The notes beneath the pieces are model-generated. The model had not been told where the DNA came from. It saw nothing but the letters and a program-made list of their open reading frames with translations, and did not search any database. A DNA stretch of 64,000 nt from Octopus sinensis (lineage: Eukaryota). Each line of letters opens with the position of its first letter. The stretch's first letter is position 1. Positions 37,383 through 51,944 of this stretch are shown piece by piece. The stretch is taken from contig NC_042997.1 of assembly GCF_006345805.1 (NCBI RefSeq), positions 168,268,001 to 168,332,000 of the forward strand, read 5' to 3'. A program made the translations under genes and the position numbers.

Positions 37383-40300
37383 ATTTAAGTATTTTAACAA
37401 TAAACTGCATTAACATTTGTACTACTATCTCAGTGTTGGTGCAGTATAGCTGAATTGCTAAGAAGTTTACTTAACAAGCAGTTTCAGTCCCACTGTCTGG
37501 CATCTTGGGTGAATGTCAAATTCCATAGCAATGGGTTGATTCAAACATTGTGAGTGGAATTTGACAGACAGAAACTGTAAAGAATCCCATAGGGTGAATT
37601 GTACCTGCAATTCAAAAAGATCAGCCTTTAACACACATTGTACCACACTGATTCTGCCTGAGAATTACATCAAGGGTGCACATGCCTGTGGGATGCTCAA
37701 CTTCTTACATGTTAATGTCAGGAGCAAGTAATTCAATTGACTGAACAACTTGATCTTCATCACTGAACCGTGAAGATTCCCCACTATCTCAGATATTAAG
37801 ATTTTCTGACTGAATTCTATGAACATAACTGATTACTTTAGCTCTGACTCAGTTATTTATAATTCATCATTATCATGTACGATACTCGTCTTACCTTAGT
37901 TCTGAATTCTTCAACTGCAATGTAGTGGAAGTGTTTGTCTTGGAGGAAAGGATATTATGAGCAGTCTCTCATATCCTTCTCATAACACAGTGCAGGCAAT
38001 TCTGAAAGAGACAGAGAGAGAGAGAGAGGAATGGGTGAATTGACCCCAATATTTGCAATATTTAGTCAGCTCATTATCTTTTGAGTTCATTTCCTGCAGA
38101 AGTTAACTTTGCCTTTTACTCCTTTGGGGCCAATAAAATAAAGTACTTATCAAGCACTGGGATTTAATTGACTCATTGACTAATCAGTGATCCTCAATCA
38201 GTGATTAATTTAATTGACTAATCAGTGATCTTTCAATATTAGTAGACGACAAGGCAGACAGCTGGCAGAAACGTTAGCACACCAGGTGAAATGCTTAGTG
38301 GTATTTTGTCTGTCTTTATGTTCTGAGTTCAAATTCCACCGAGGCCAACTTTGTCTTTCATCCTTCCAGGATCAACCAGTTGCATACTGGGATTGATCTA
38401 ATTTCTGGTCTTGTGCCTAGAGTAGAAAAGAGTATTAGTAGTTGACATTCACTCACATAACATCTCTTTGTGACATAGATATAGAGGCTAGGCTGAAAAA
38501 CAAGGTAAATGATTTTGTCTAGTAATACTGAAAGATTGCCTACTAACTTCCTTTCTACCTTTTAGGCCTTGTGCCTATGTTAGAAGCAACTATTAAGTGT
38601 GGTGAACTGACTGAATTATTGAAGCATCAGATAAAATGCCTTGTGTTATTTGTTCTAATTTTTTTACTTTTTGAGTCCAAATCCTGCTGGGTCAACTTTA
38701 TCTTTTACCCTTTCAAGGCTGTTAAAATAAAGTTCCAATTAAATACTGGGGTGAATGCGATCAACTAATCCCTCCCCACAAGGAAGCTAAACAACTATTG
38801 TGCCACTCTGTTGGGTCTGATGCATGTTTGCTTGCTGTTGTCTGCTTGGCTGAGAACAAGTGCAACCTTCATTTCATAGTTGAATAGTTAACTTCTATTG
38901 GTAAAAATACTACATTTGTGACCATTCATGAAAACATAGCTACCCACAAAAACTATTGTGAAAAAATACCCAACAGCACCAAAGATTGGTGACTTAAGAT
39001 TGTAAAATGTACTTATCACCTACCAATATTGACATTTCAAACTGAATGCCAAGCATTCTTGTCTTTATGATTCTAACCAATGTTAATATCAATTAATTAT
39101 GCTCTTATCTTTATGGAGCAGAATTTTTCTTTATTATTATTGTTGTTGTTGTTTTTGTTATTATCTTTATTCAAATTCAAATGTTAACTTTAAAAATTTG
39201 TGAATGTATAGTGGGGATACTTAAGCTTTAAATGCATCTAATGATATAAGTTGACATTAAGTAGATGATCCAATAGTTCAGTGCTTACAGCATGTGATTA
39301 TATAATGAACGCCTTGAAATAAATACCAATTATATAATTTATTCCTTCAAAATAACCCTGGTTGTATAATCATTATAAGAAACACGCCAGTTAGAATTAC
39401 CTAGAAAAAATGAGTCATCATCATTTGATTATTAAAAATTTTTTATATTACTCACTTCACCATATTTTTTTCAGTAATTTCTTTCAGTAGTTTCTTTTAA
39501 TAAACTTGCTACTGTAACATAACTATAGAACATCTATTGCAGCATGGAAGACAACAGACATGCAAAACCATGCAAAGACTGTTAACTTCACTTGCACATT
39601 TATTATTTTTAAGCAGAGTTAACAGTTTTCGTGTTTATAAATGGCTAATGCATATCTTCCACACTGCAATTGTTTTACTTTTAACACATGGTCTCAGATC
39701 AAATCACTTGTCTCCCATGTACATCTCTAAAATATGATAAATTTGTCTTTATAAATCTAAAAAAGAAAGCCTCTGACACAGCTAAAGAATATCAAAAATG
39801 TAGATAAATCATCAATCAATCAATCAATCAGAAATCAACTTTATGCATGAGAAAAAGCTATAAGAAAGATCTTCATTAAGTGGGTATAGAAGCAGAAAAG
39901 ACAGACAAATAATAACAGGTGTAAGAAATGTATTTATATGAAAAGCTTCATATCCAATTTCATCATCATCATTATCATCTTTTAATGTCTGCCTTCCATG
40001 GGTGGGACAAATTTGTATGATATAATTAAGTCTTATCTTTACAGCTGCTTCAGATAATTGCTGACTGGTTGCTATAACCATGCATATTAATGCTATGAAG
40101 TTCAATACTGAATTAATATTGTGAGTGTAATAGCTAGCATGGATTTTTTTTTATAGAACCATGAGAAAAATAAGAAATTCTATGATATTAGAGTTCCAAT
40201 TAATTATTTCTATACGATAGAGTAATTACTCTTTCTTTCACCATGTCATGGGGTGACTTGAAATATACTGTATTTGATGGCGTATAAGATGCATGGGTAT

Positions 40301-41933
40301 ATATGATGCACCCCTATTTCAACAGGTAATATTCAGGAATAAAATGATTTAAGTGTGAGCATTTAATGTTGATTGAAATGTGTATTGTATATAAAAAAGA
40401 TTGAACAACCTGTTCAGCTAGGACAGTAGGAAAATCACCACCACCACCACCACCATCATAATGATAATAATAATAATAATAATAATGGTTTCAAATTTTG
40501 CCACAAGGGCAAACCACAACACACATAAATCAGAGTTGGGCCCTTAGACCTTATGGGGACCATAAATAACTGCTCAGTGGTCGATGCCTTAAAATGACAT
40601 TTTAATGATATTGCCTACAATGTCATTCTAAGACATGAAAATCTCTTAGCTACAAGATATTGGCATGATTAATTCAAGACAACATAAATAAACTAGGTGC
40701 AGGAGTGGCTGTGTGGTAAGTAGCTTGCTTACCAACCATATGGTTCTGGGTTCATTCCCACTGCGTGGCACCTTGGGCAAGTGTCTTCTACTATTGCCTC
40801 AGGCTGACCAAAGCCTTGTGAGTGGATTTGGTAGACGGAAACTGAAAGAAGCCCGTTGTATATATATATATATATATATATTTGTGTGTGTGTTTGTGTG
40901 TCTGTGTTTGTCAAACTCAACTGGACGGCCAGAATGAGGTGCATGTTTGAGGTCAAAATTTCCATTTTTGAACTTGGCATACCACTTTGATTGAAATATC
41001 TGGAGCAAAAACAGCAGTGAAATCATCATCATCATTATCATTTAGTGTCTGTTTATCATGTTGGCATGGGTTAGACTGTTTGACTGGAACTGATAAGCCA
41101 AAGAGCTGTACCAGGTTCCAGTCTGATTTGGCTTGGTTTTAGGGCTGGATGCCTTTCCTAACACCAACTACTCCAAGAATGTAGTGGGTGCTGTTTACAT
41201 GTCACTGGCACAGGCCATGACTATGATTTCACTTGACTTGATGGGTGTTCTCAAGCACAGCAAATTGCCAATGGTCATGATCATTTGTTATCATCTCTGT
41301 GAGATCCAACATTCAAAGATCATGTTTCACCACCATGTCCCATGTCTTCCTGGTCTACTGCTTCCACAGGTTCCTTCCACAGTTAAAGCATATCTTAAAA
41401 TTGTACTGCTCTATAATAATGTCAAATTATGGTACAAGACCAGCAGTTTTATAGGGTGTGGGTTAATTGATTACATCAATCCCAATGCTCAACTGATGAT
41501 TATTTTATTACTCCTGAAAGGCTGAGAGGCAAAGCTGACATCAGTGGAATTTGAACTCAGAATGTAAAGAGCTGGAAGAAATGCTACTAAGTATTTTTTC
41601 CAATGCTCTAACGATTCTGCTAATAGAGAGCAATAGTAGAAAATTTTTGCAGACATGAATAAAATGAATGATCTGTTGCTGGGAAATTCTGGTATATAAA
41701 GAAGGAAGTTGGTTGTTAATAACATCATGAAATGAGAACATTAAGTAAGGACATGGCTTGAAATAGTATCAGTTGGGGGAAAGGGGAACATTCAGGAATT
41801 AGGTTATTTGGACTGGCCTAACAGCATTATAGACTAACAGAGGAAATGACCAAGGAAAGAAGCAAATGGAACTGCGTTATTTTGGAGAACCACCTAGAAT
41901 ATGTCAAGAGGATGTTGAGGTGAGTGTGCATGG

Positions 41934-41968
<35 letters not shown>

Positions 41969-42268
41969 TAACATTTTATTTATAATTCTTCTGATATTAT
42001 GTTGAGAGGAAGTGAATTTTATTTACTACACTCTCTATATGTTCAAATGGCTTCAGAGAAGTGATGCAGAAACTGAAGATGCTAAATTAAATTTCAAGTA
42101 ATATTTGCTCTTCATTTATCTCATAATAATGCAGCCTATTGTAAAGTCTCAAAACATTTTTGGTGAAGCTGATCACTGGCACAATCCTCTTATAGTTTAC
42201 CAGATCTCAGAAATGCAACAAAACTTTTTGACACTTCAAACATAAATGCAATGAAACATAACAATCTA

Positions 42269-43254
42269 TGTATTATCTTAAATATCTTGTAGCGTATCTG
42301 ATATCCTTACTGTTTGCGAGACACAATAATAATCTCGTTTGAGATTACAACCAGCTTTGGCTAGTTTGACCCTGTTGTGTCCACTGCTCTGATCGGTAGG
42401 CATCTAGTGCGGTCTGTCTCTCTACTTATTTCGTGCCAGTGTGTAAGCCAACCAATCATGGCCTTTAGATAAGGTCTCGTGACACTGTGTTTCAGATGCC
42501 CTTTTTTGAGCCATTTTAACCCTTTAAATAGGCCAGTTTTCACTATTCTCCGTCTTTTGGCTTCAGACCTTTTAAGGTCTAGTCACTGACCACAGAGCTA
42601 CTCAGCTGTGTTCCAGTTCCAGTGACAGACAACCAGCCAGCCAACCATGCTACTGCCCCAGCTATGAAGACGCTATTGTACACCCGCTATGCAGGATGAT
42701 CTCCATCTCCTCCACCGTCATCACCATCGTCGTACTTCAACTTTACGTCGTCTCCACCATCGTCACCATTCCACCGTCAACAGCATGTACACATCAACCT
42801 CGACCAGGTTTAACTCCATGCAGTTTGTGTGAATATTTCACCAAGGAAAACAGTCTACCTGAAAGAACTATCTGTATCAAGAGACTTGTGCAAAGCATTG
42901 AGGCCACAACTTCTACACGTGTAGTAACCAGCCTCTGCCAACTGACAGCCAACATCTTGTTATAGAACTTGCTATCGTGTATCTCACGCATGAACTGGTA
43001 AACTAATTCCATTTTTACTCGATATGCTGAGACAACACTACACTAGCACTCACAACACTTTCACTTTGTACACTGTGTAAATAAAGTCTTCTTCTCTCTC
43101 AAACAGTAGAATGGCTTGTCGTCCTTCATTATACAATTTGGTACTGTATTTTATATCATGTATTTGGCTTCTTATTTTGTTAGGGACGACCGTGCAGCAT
43201 ACAAAAGGAGACATTTGTCACCAACTCCTTACATACGGTCGTATAATCTCTACA
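42269..43254 (+). mobile_element. Probable solo LTR (986 bp)
   Basis: TGTA...TACA termini, 5-bp TSD ATCTA, internal AATAAA at 43080-43085, GC-richer than the flanks. Confidence 0.62.
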
Positions 43255-44013
43255 ATCTAATATGACTCTTCAATGATGCAATTGTTCCAGTTTCAGCACA
43301 GTTTCATAGCAAGTTGCTAAATAAGTACAGCTCTGAAATAATTAGTCAATGTTGTTGTTATAACATTGCAGGTCTGTTATTGAAGACATTCCTGTTATGA
43401 TCATACCATCATATTTAAATAGTGTAACCAACACTTTTCAAGTTCAGTCCCACAGCAATGTGGCACCTTGAGCAAGTGTCTTCTGCTATAGTTCTGGACT
43501 GACAAATGCCTTGTGAGTAAATTTGGTCGATGGAAATTGTGTGGAAGCCTGTCAAACACTCACACATACACACACATACACACACACATATATGTATATG
43601 ATATATATATATGTATGTATGTATATAATATACATACATACATACATACATACATACACATATATATATGTATGTATGTATGTATGTATATAACTACGAA
43701 AAAACTTACTTGCAAAAGGATGTGTGGTGTTTGATCATATAATAATATAAATAATATATAAATATATGCATATATACATACATATATGTACATACCTACA
43801 TATATATGTATATATACATGCATATATGGGTACAGGACATAAAAAAAAACGTTGAACACAATGAGAAACGAAAACATAAAAACAAAAACATAGAAACAAA
43901 CTTTTTTCAAACAACGAAAAGAAACAGAGAAATGCGTGTATATATACATATATATGTGAGTATGTACATATATGTATGTATATATGCATATATTTATATT
44001 ATTATATATATAA

Positions 44014-44585
44014 CTAGCCTTGAAGCCGCCCTTCAGGCAGCATTCAAAGTAGCCTCTACAGAGAGCATGTTTGAGACCTTTGGCCACTAACTACAAAATA
44101 TATATAGCCACACTACTATACCTGAAATGTATCTGTTGTAACTCTTTATCTCAATTTGAATGTACTTGAAGGTATTTAGAATGCCCAAGTTTATTTCTGC
44201 AAATGTGCTAAGCACTGATGCTGATCATAGTTTAATCAATAAATGTAGGAATGAGGTAAATGCAGTAAAAATGGTCGGTGGGGGGAGTAGGGCCCCATTT
44301 AAGCTCCTTACGATACTCTCTGGGAGTTCATGGTATGAAATTCATTGTCATTGCTCCGATTTGGTCACCAATGCCATGTATTTAGTTTAAAATGCAGTAA
44401 AAATGGTGTGTGTGTGTGTGTCGGGTGGGGTGGGGGGTAACCCTTAAAAAAATATACCCCTTTAGGACATTCCCTGGGATTAGGGGAGTTACTGGTTTGA
44501 ATTTCATTGTCCTTGCACCAACGGTCTAGGAGGAGTTAACAAACAAAAACTTAACAGAGAAACATCACTCAAATTTATAATAGGA
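44014..44585 (-). mobile_element. Non-autonomous Helitron-like element
   Basis: Minus strand 5' TCCTATTATAAA; imperfect 3' GC-rich hairpin gctgcctgaagggcggc followed by CTAG. Confidence 0.6.
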
Positions 44586-45229
44586 TATATATATATAATA
44601 ATAACAATAATCCTTGGATGGAATTTATAAACATTTAATGCATCACTATGCATGTTTCCACAAATCACATGCCTCTGAAGATCACAGTCCCTATCTTTGG
44701 GATGATTACAGTGTAGTCCGTAGTATCCATAGGTATTGCATTGATCATCTTCATGTATTCATTTCTTCAGGTGATATAACATTAACGGATGCTTACCAGA
44801 GGAATCTTTATCCCTTTTGACTTGTGCAAAGATTGGTTGAGTTATATATATATATATCATCATCATTTAACATCTGCCTTTCATGCTGGCATGGGTGGGA
44901 TGGTTTGACAAAAGTCAGCCAGGCAGAAGCCTGCACCAAACTTCTGTAACTGTTTTGGTAGGATTTTTACAGCTGGATGCACTTCACAAACTGCTGTTGC
45001 CACTGTCAATGCAAAAGCCACCGAGACTGCTGAACAATGGGCAGTCTGTAATTCACAGAATGCTGCTGCCACTGGCAATGCAAGTGCCTCTGAGACTGCG
45101 GAACAAGGGCAGTCCGCAATTCACAAACTGCTGCTGTCACTACTCCTACATGATCTGCTGAAACTCCTCTACAGAGATGTGGTAGGCTACAGGGGAATAC
45201 TATGGGTTCTCATTCCTAAGGTATTTTTC

Positions 45230-45320
45230 ATCGTCGTCGTCATCATCATCGTCATCATCGTTCAGGTCACTGCCTGGAATCAAACACGGACTCTTGTGGT
45301 TAGTAGCCTATGCTCTTAAC
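45230..45320 (-). mobile_element. Short tRNA-derived SINE-like element
   Basis: Minus strand tggcatagtggttaagagc...gtttgattccaggc (A/B-box-like) with a (GAT)n tail. It is not a complete tRNA cloverleaf. Confidence 0.55.
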
Positions 45321-45322
45321 CA

Positions 45323-45545
45323 CTATGCCATATACCCATGGGCAATTATGGAGTGAATTTTTAGGGCTAATAAATCTAATATTTTTCCTATCCTCTTTAA
45401 TACCAGTTTCCATATGCCATTCATATCTGCACTCAACCTGCTTAGGAGATTGTTGTGTCCTAGCATATGTGCTGCTTCTTTTAGTTTCTGTATTTTCCAG
45501 TGGTGTTCTCTGTCTATTATTTTAACTTCATCCCACAGTTCATAT
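45323..45545 (-). mobile_element. Penelope-like element, GIY-YIG C-terminal fragment
   Basis: WDEVKIIDREHHWKIQKLKEAAHM, resembling the Penelope W...ILD.E.....R..KEAIHI motif. Confidence 0.72.
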
Positions 45546-45830
45546 AAGTGATATCTACCATTATATATAATTTGAACATTGATTTTCTTCTTACATTTCA
45601 CTTCCACTAGATATATCTTTTCGATTTAATTCAAATATCACTCTATATTTCTCCTTTATTAGTTTTCTGCTTATTTCTTTCCTTTACCCCTCCCCTTTCT
45701 ATAGGCTGCCTTTGACGTTATAAATTCTCTAACGGTTTTTTAATAAAACTTAATAGCATTCTGTTCATAATTATACACATCCATCACATTCTGTTAAAAT
45801 GTCTTATTGATGAGTTTGGTTTCTTTCTTT

Positions 45831-45917
45831 CTTTTCCCGATGAGAAGATTACATTGTTTTACACCATTTATTTCTTTGGAATAATACCAATGTTGTCTTC
45901 GAAATATATGTTGGAAG
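45831..45917 (+). ncRNA. Degenerate hammerhead next to a Penelope-like fragment
   Basis: cttttc CCGATGA gaaga..acattg...caatgt..tcttc GAAAT ATAT GTT ggaag. It is two transitions from a canonical core (U4 to C, C15.2 to U). Confidence 0.45.
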
Positions 45918-45975
45918 TAAAAGAATTTGAATAACGCCTGCGTTTAACCGCATTAACAAAATATATGTTGTACAG

Positions 45976-48000
45976 CAGGGGTGTGTAATTTATGGCCTGT
46001 GGGCTGCATGTGGCCCACCACAGAGTTTTCAGTGGCCCACAGAAGCATTCAGCAAGAAAAATTTTCCAAGTCTAAAATTTTCATAAATTGATCAGTTTTC
46101 TCTTTGCATCAATAAGATCTGTAATGTTCTGATCCGAGAAAACATGGGCCCTCTTAAAAAGCACAAAATCGAAAAAGAATGCTGCGCATTCAATGAAGAC
46201 TGGAAACACAAATATTTGTTCAATAATTCAGGGAATAAGGCAGAGTGTTTACTGTGTCATGAGACAGTTGCCATATTCAAGGAATACAATTTGAAATGAC
46301 ACCACCAAACAAAACATGGTGAGTTTGGTAGTCAAATGTCCAAGAAAAAATGCAGGAAAAAAAGCTGCTGAGTGTGTTCTGAAGCTGAAGAAGCAACAGA
46401 CCATATTTACGAAGCAATTGACATGTCAGGATAGTACTACAGAGGCAAGCTACATGGTTGCATACTACCTTGCTAAAAACAAGCCATTTTCTGATGGTGA
46501 ATTTGTTAAGCAGTGCTTGGTTGTGCAAGTGTCCTGTGCCCTGACACAAGAAGCAAATTTGAAACCTTTTCATTATCAAGGACTATGGTGCAACACATAG
46601 ACTTAATTAGTGACGAACTAACAGAACAGCTGAACACTGGGAGTAAAAATTTTATTTGGTTTTCTTTGGCACTGGATGAGAGCAATGTTACTTATCTTTG
46701 AGGAATTGATGAAAATTTCATCATCACAGAGGAACTACTTAGTTTGGAATCAATGAAAAATACAACCACTGTTTAAATGTGTTGTGGATTGTGTGGAGAA
46801 GAGTGCCTTATTATGGAATACAATGGCAAGCATTATAACAGATGGGGCCAGAGCATTTACTGGAAAAAATGTAGGTATGATTAAACTTTTAGAGAACAAG
46901 TTAAAATCAGAACATCCAGACAATGATATCTTGTCTTTTCAATTTATTTTGCATCAGGAAAGCTTCTGCAAAACCATATTGAATCTAAAGCATGTGGTGG
47001 ATCCTGTTGTGAGCATGGTGAACACAATCAGAGCAAGAGCACTCTACCATCAACAATTTAAATCTCTGCTAGTGGATAAGGAAGCAGAACATGGAGATGT
47101 GATTTACCACAACAGTGTTTGGTGGTTGAGCCTGGGCAAAATGGTAAAACAGGTTTCTGAATAACAGAATGAAATCTTCCTCTTTCTGGACATGAAGGGG
47201 CCTTCATGTGATTTTGTAACCAAAATGGGATGTGAGGAGTGGAGATGTGAGATAATGTTTGCAGCTGATATGTTTGAGAAATTGAATGAATGGAATGTGA
47301 CATTGCAGGGAAAGGGGTTGTTTGTACATGAAATGTTTAGGCATGTGAGATCATTCAAAACAAAAGTAGATTTATTTGCAAAGCAAGCTGGTGAGGGCAA
47401 GTTTTATCATTTCCTTTTATTAAGAAAACAAAGAAGTGTTTCTTCCAAGATTAGGGATCATTTTCTGAGTTTGGAGGATGAGATCAAAAGAAGGTTTCAG
47501 GGTTTTAAGAAAATTGAGCCTGATTTAAATTTGTTATCTTATCCTTTCACTGCTGATATTGATACAGCACATGAGGAGGTGCAGTTTGAACTAACAGACA
47601 TGCAGTTAGATCACATGCTGAAAGTAATGTTTAACTCTGTGACATTGACAGAATTTTACAAATCTCTATCTACTAACAAATTTCCATGTTTGAAGAAATT
47701 TGCTGGGAAAATGTTTTCTATTTTTGGATCCACATATGTTTGTGAGCAAAGATTTTCTTGCATGCAAATCAACAAGAGTAAAAAATAGATCCTCTGTGAG
47801 TGACATAAACATGCAGGCAGTGATGAGTATCTCAACAAGCAACCTCACAACTGATTTCAAAAGATTTGTGAATAAGTATGACAGGTTACATTTGTCTCAT
47901 TAAATTACTTATGCTGGCTGATGTGTAATTTGCACATAAATGAATTTAATGAAGCCTTTTCTGTGTGCCACTATTGTTTTAGTTTCATTTATTGTTATTA

Positions 48001-48046
<46 letters not shown>

Positions 48047-48177
48047 GTAATTTACACTTCTCATTAAATGAAATGTAATGTTAACTAATGAATATGATCA
48101 GTTATAGAAGGTGCAGCCCTCTGCTAACCCCGACCCTCTCAAAGTGACCCCTGAGCCAAAACAATTGCCCACCCCTG
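45976..48177 (+). mobile_element. Pseudogenised hAT transposon (Buster/SPIN/GTF2IRD2-like transposase)
   Basis: TIRs CAGGGGTG... / ...CACCCCTG. A frameshifted transposase at about 46145-47905 has CLLC..KEYNLK*HHQTKH, WFSLALDES, ITDGARA, HQES and FGSTYVCEQRFS motifs. No clean 8-bp TSD. Confidence 0.9.
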
Positions 48178-51100
48178 CTGTTTAACATTTTCTGTTTAAT
48201 AACCTCTGTTTAACACTCTTTGTGTCATTCAATAAATCATGTGATTTGTAAATACAGGTTTGAAATAGGACAGAACGTTCATAGACTATATCAATGACAG
48301 ATAATATGTTTGGCTATGTTATATTAATGAAAAGATATCATGTTGTAAAATGTACATTTATATTTTTTTTTGCTTTACAAAGTCAATTGGTTAACCCTTT
48401 CGTTACTATATTTCTGACCAAAATACACCCCTCATGAGTTTCAATTAAATTCTAAAATAATCATGAATTTAGACTAGTTTCATTAAATAACTGTAACTTT
48501 TTTACTTATCAACATATTAATGTGATATTTGGAACATAATTAAAGAAAGGGTTCTTAATCAATTCTATTGCATAACTTTTATCTCAAAGTGACTTTAATT
48601 ACAGGTAAATCCAGGTAAACTTAGAAAAAGGTAAAAATATCAAAATTTTGTTTAATGCGTATAGGAAAATGTTTATGACAACAATAATAATTTGTAGAGT
48701 CAAATGTGTGCAAGCAGATAAATGGTCATTAGTAACAAAATAAAAGTGAAATCAGCTAAACACACATGCATTTAAACTGGTGGAAATTACTCTGTTGATA
48801 CTAGACCAAAGCTAGAAAAAAAATCAAGGGAGAATGAAATAAGATAGCTACCTGTCTCTACTAAGACAGCTAATGAATAGTCTGCAAAGAATTTGATTTT
48901 TCTTTAAATAGCCAAAAGGTGGCTCAACAAACTATTAACTTCTTATTGGCCAAAATTTCTAAATGGTAACTTTAATACATGTATGTAACAAGACACTGAA
49001 ACCAAAGTTGTTACTTACAATATGCATCATCATCATCATCATCATCATCACCCTTGTTTAATGTCCGCTTTCCATGCTAGCATGGGTTGGACGATTTGAC
49101 TGAGGGCTGGTGAACCAGATGGCTGCACTAGGTTCCAATCTTGATCTGGCAGAGTTTCTACAGCTGGATGCTCTTCCTAACGCCAACCACTCCAAGAGTG
49201 TAGTGGGTGCTTTTACATGCCACTGGCACAGGGCCAGTCAGGTGGTACTAGCAATGACCTCGCATGAATGTTTTTACGCATGCCACTGGCACAAGTGTCA
49301 ATAAGGTGACACGGGTAACGATCACGCTCGAATGGTGCCTTTTACATGCCACTGGCATGAAAGCCAGTTAGACGCTCTGGCAACGATCACGCTTGGATGG
49401 TGCTCTTAGCACCCTACTAGCATGGGGCACAAGTGCCAGTAAGGCGACACTGGTAACGATCACACTCGAATGGTACCTTTTATGTCCCACTGGCATGGAA
49501 GCCAGTCATTGAATTTGATTTCAAACTGACAATCTTTAATCAGATGAAGAGGCATTCTTTGAGTCAATGAAAGAGTCTCTATGTATTGATTTGACTTGCT
49601 ACAAATATCAGTTAATTATACCTTAAATCACATATTAGTGTCTTAGAAAAGAAAATACATGTTAAATAATATAGCTCTAGTTATACTATACATGAAAAAA
49701 AAAATAATAAAAGTCAATATAGTCATTGCTGGAACACTTTTGGTCATAAGTTTGCTCAGTCAGAGCTGATCTGGAGTTAAACAACTACAACAACAAATGA
49801 TAATTTCTATCTTCCTACAAAAGTCCATCTGTTTAAATACAGTAGAACTTGAAATTGTCCTGAATGAAGACTACAATATTTCTAATACTAAGTGAGTAAA
49901 TGTCACTTCAAAGTGAGCTCTTTCTACTTCAAAGCGAGATTTCTGATTCAAATTAATTTATGTCATTTTAAAGTGAGAACAATGATTTCAAAGTGAGATT
50001 AATACAAAAAGATTTACTTAACAGGAAATATAAAATCAAAATCAAAACATCAACTCTTTGTGGTAAATTTAATGTAATGTCATCATTTATCTTTCACAAG
50101 TTGAGTGATTGACTGTCATTTAATGCATGGTGCAAATAGGCATACATCCCATTATCAACCATCACATCACATCTTTTGCCTTTGGGGAAAATTACTTGTT
50201 TTTTTTTTATTTTATATTGTCTAAAATTATAGTTTATTGTCCTTAAATTAATGCCTATATATGAACTAGGTCATTGTAATCTAATCCCCCCATTATAAAA
50301 ATTTATGAACAGATCACAAGTGATGTTGGTCATAGGCATTTTTGACTGAGAGAAAACGAGTTATACAGTGGGAACTAACTCTCTTCATTGCCACAACTGT
50401 TAATTAAAAAATAGCAGTTTCTTTTATTTTGTTTTGTGTTTTATATCACAGCATTATATCATTATATTCTCTGATTGACAATCTTCTCTATTTCATCCTC
50501 TGTATGGAAAGATACGTTGTTTATTACCCGTTAAATTGAGTAAGTTTGTCTTGTTAAAGTAAAATATACACATATTGAAATCACTATTTTCTCTTTATTC
50601 TCACTTTGAAGTGACATGTGTTCATTTAGAATCACAAATATTGTGGATATTTTTATTGTTTTTGATGGCATGTGCATTAGGTATGCAAGCAAACACCATA
50701 CTGTTTATTATGCAGAATTACTTAATTTCTGAACAAAATGTATGTTTATATACAAACAAATTTATTATTTCAGTATATTTACTTAGTGATTTGTTTACTA
50801 CCACTTCAACATGCTGCATGAAGCTACAACTTGCTGATGATGGTCAGTAAGGTAGAAACATGTTAGGAGTTGTCTCCTATACACACTGGAAAAATATTAA
50901 AAAAATGTTATTCATCAATTAAATATTGCTTTTTCCCCCCATTACATATTTTACTCTGCCTCAAATTTTTCATGATAGCACATATTAGAAATGCTGACAA
51001 CCATTTGTTTTCTTTTTATATTTTTGTATCCCTCTATTCTGCATTCAAATTCTGCAAGGCTCTTCAATTATTTTCTATCTCTCTAACTAGTTTCAATCTG

Positions 51101-51944
51101 GCTGCAGATTTGTTGGAGAAGTGCCTTCAGAGGTTTTTAATACCCAATACATTCTCTGATACTTATTTCCTTATTCTTGTAATACAGGAAATGTGAAACC
51201 AATGTGGTATAATGGAGATAATTCAATCAAACATTAAGGCCACAGGGCTGTCCCTGTTCAATGTACTAGTTCTTGCATTTTTTAGTGGCACCAGCACTAG
51301 TGACACTGCTTTTTAACTTGCATGATTTAAGGCCTAAGGAGAACCCTATAACTGAAGGAGGGAGAGGGAGAGACAGACAGACAGAGAACGGGTAAGAGAG
51401 AATGGGAGAGAGACAAACAGAGAGAGAGAGAAAGGGAGGGAGAGAGAGAGAGAGAGAGAGAGCAATGATTTTAGGCTTGGTGATGAGAGAGGGTGAAGTA
51501 TAATGTGAGGAATGGATTTGTTGTTGTAGTAATGGTAGAGTTCTAGTATTAACAGTTACTATTAGGGGAGGGGCATGGAAGGAACAGGGAAAATGGAAGT
51601 ATTAGTGTCAGTGATAACTGGGAAAGAGATAGTGATATCTGAGAAACAGAAGGTGGTTAGGATGATGAGGTGGTATGTATAGGGGGTGAGCAAGCTTATC
51701 CACATTTTAAGAGGGTGTTTTGGGTTGAAGGTGTTAGGGAAATATGGAAAAGAGAGAAAAGATGTGGATGGAAAGGATCCAGAGAGAGAGAGAGAAATAG
51801 AAGTGCAAAGGTCATTGGATGGGGTGTAGGCCAAAGAGATGAGAGGATGTTGAAGTGGCAATGATGTTATGAGGAGAGTGAGAGAAAAGGGGGCAGAGAA
51901 AGAGTTATTGATACCAGCTGGTGAGTAGAGCATTACTAGTGGTG

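Noticed and set aside
43415-44090. Several Y/I/C/M-rich ORFs up to 175 aa
   Set aside because: Products of (TA)/(CA)/(TGTA) low-complexity sequence.
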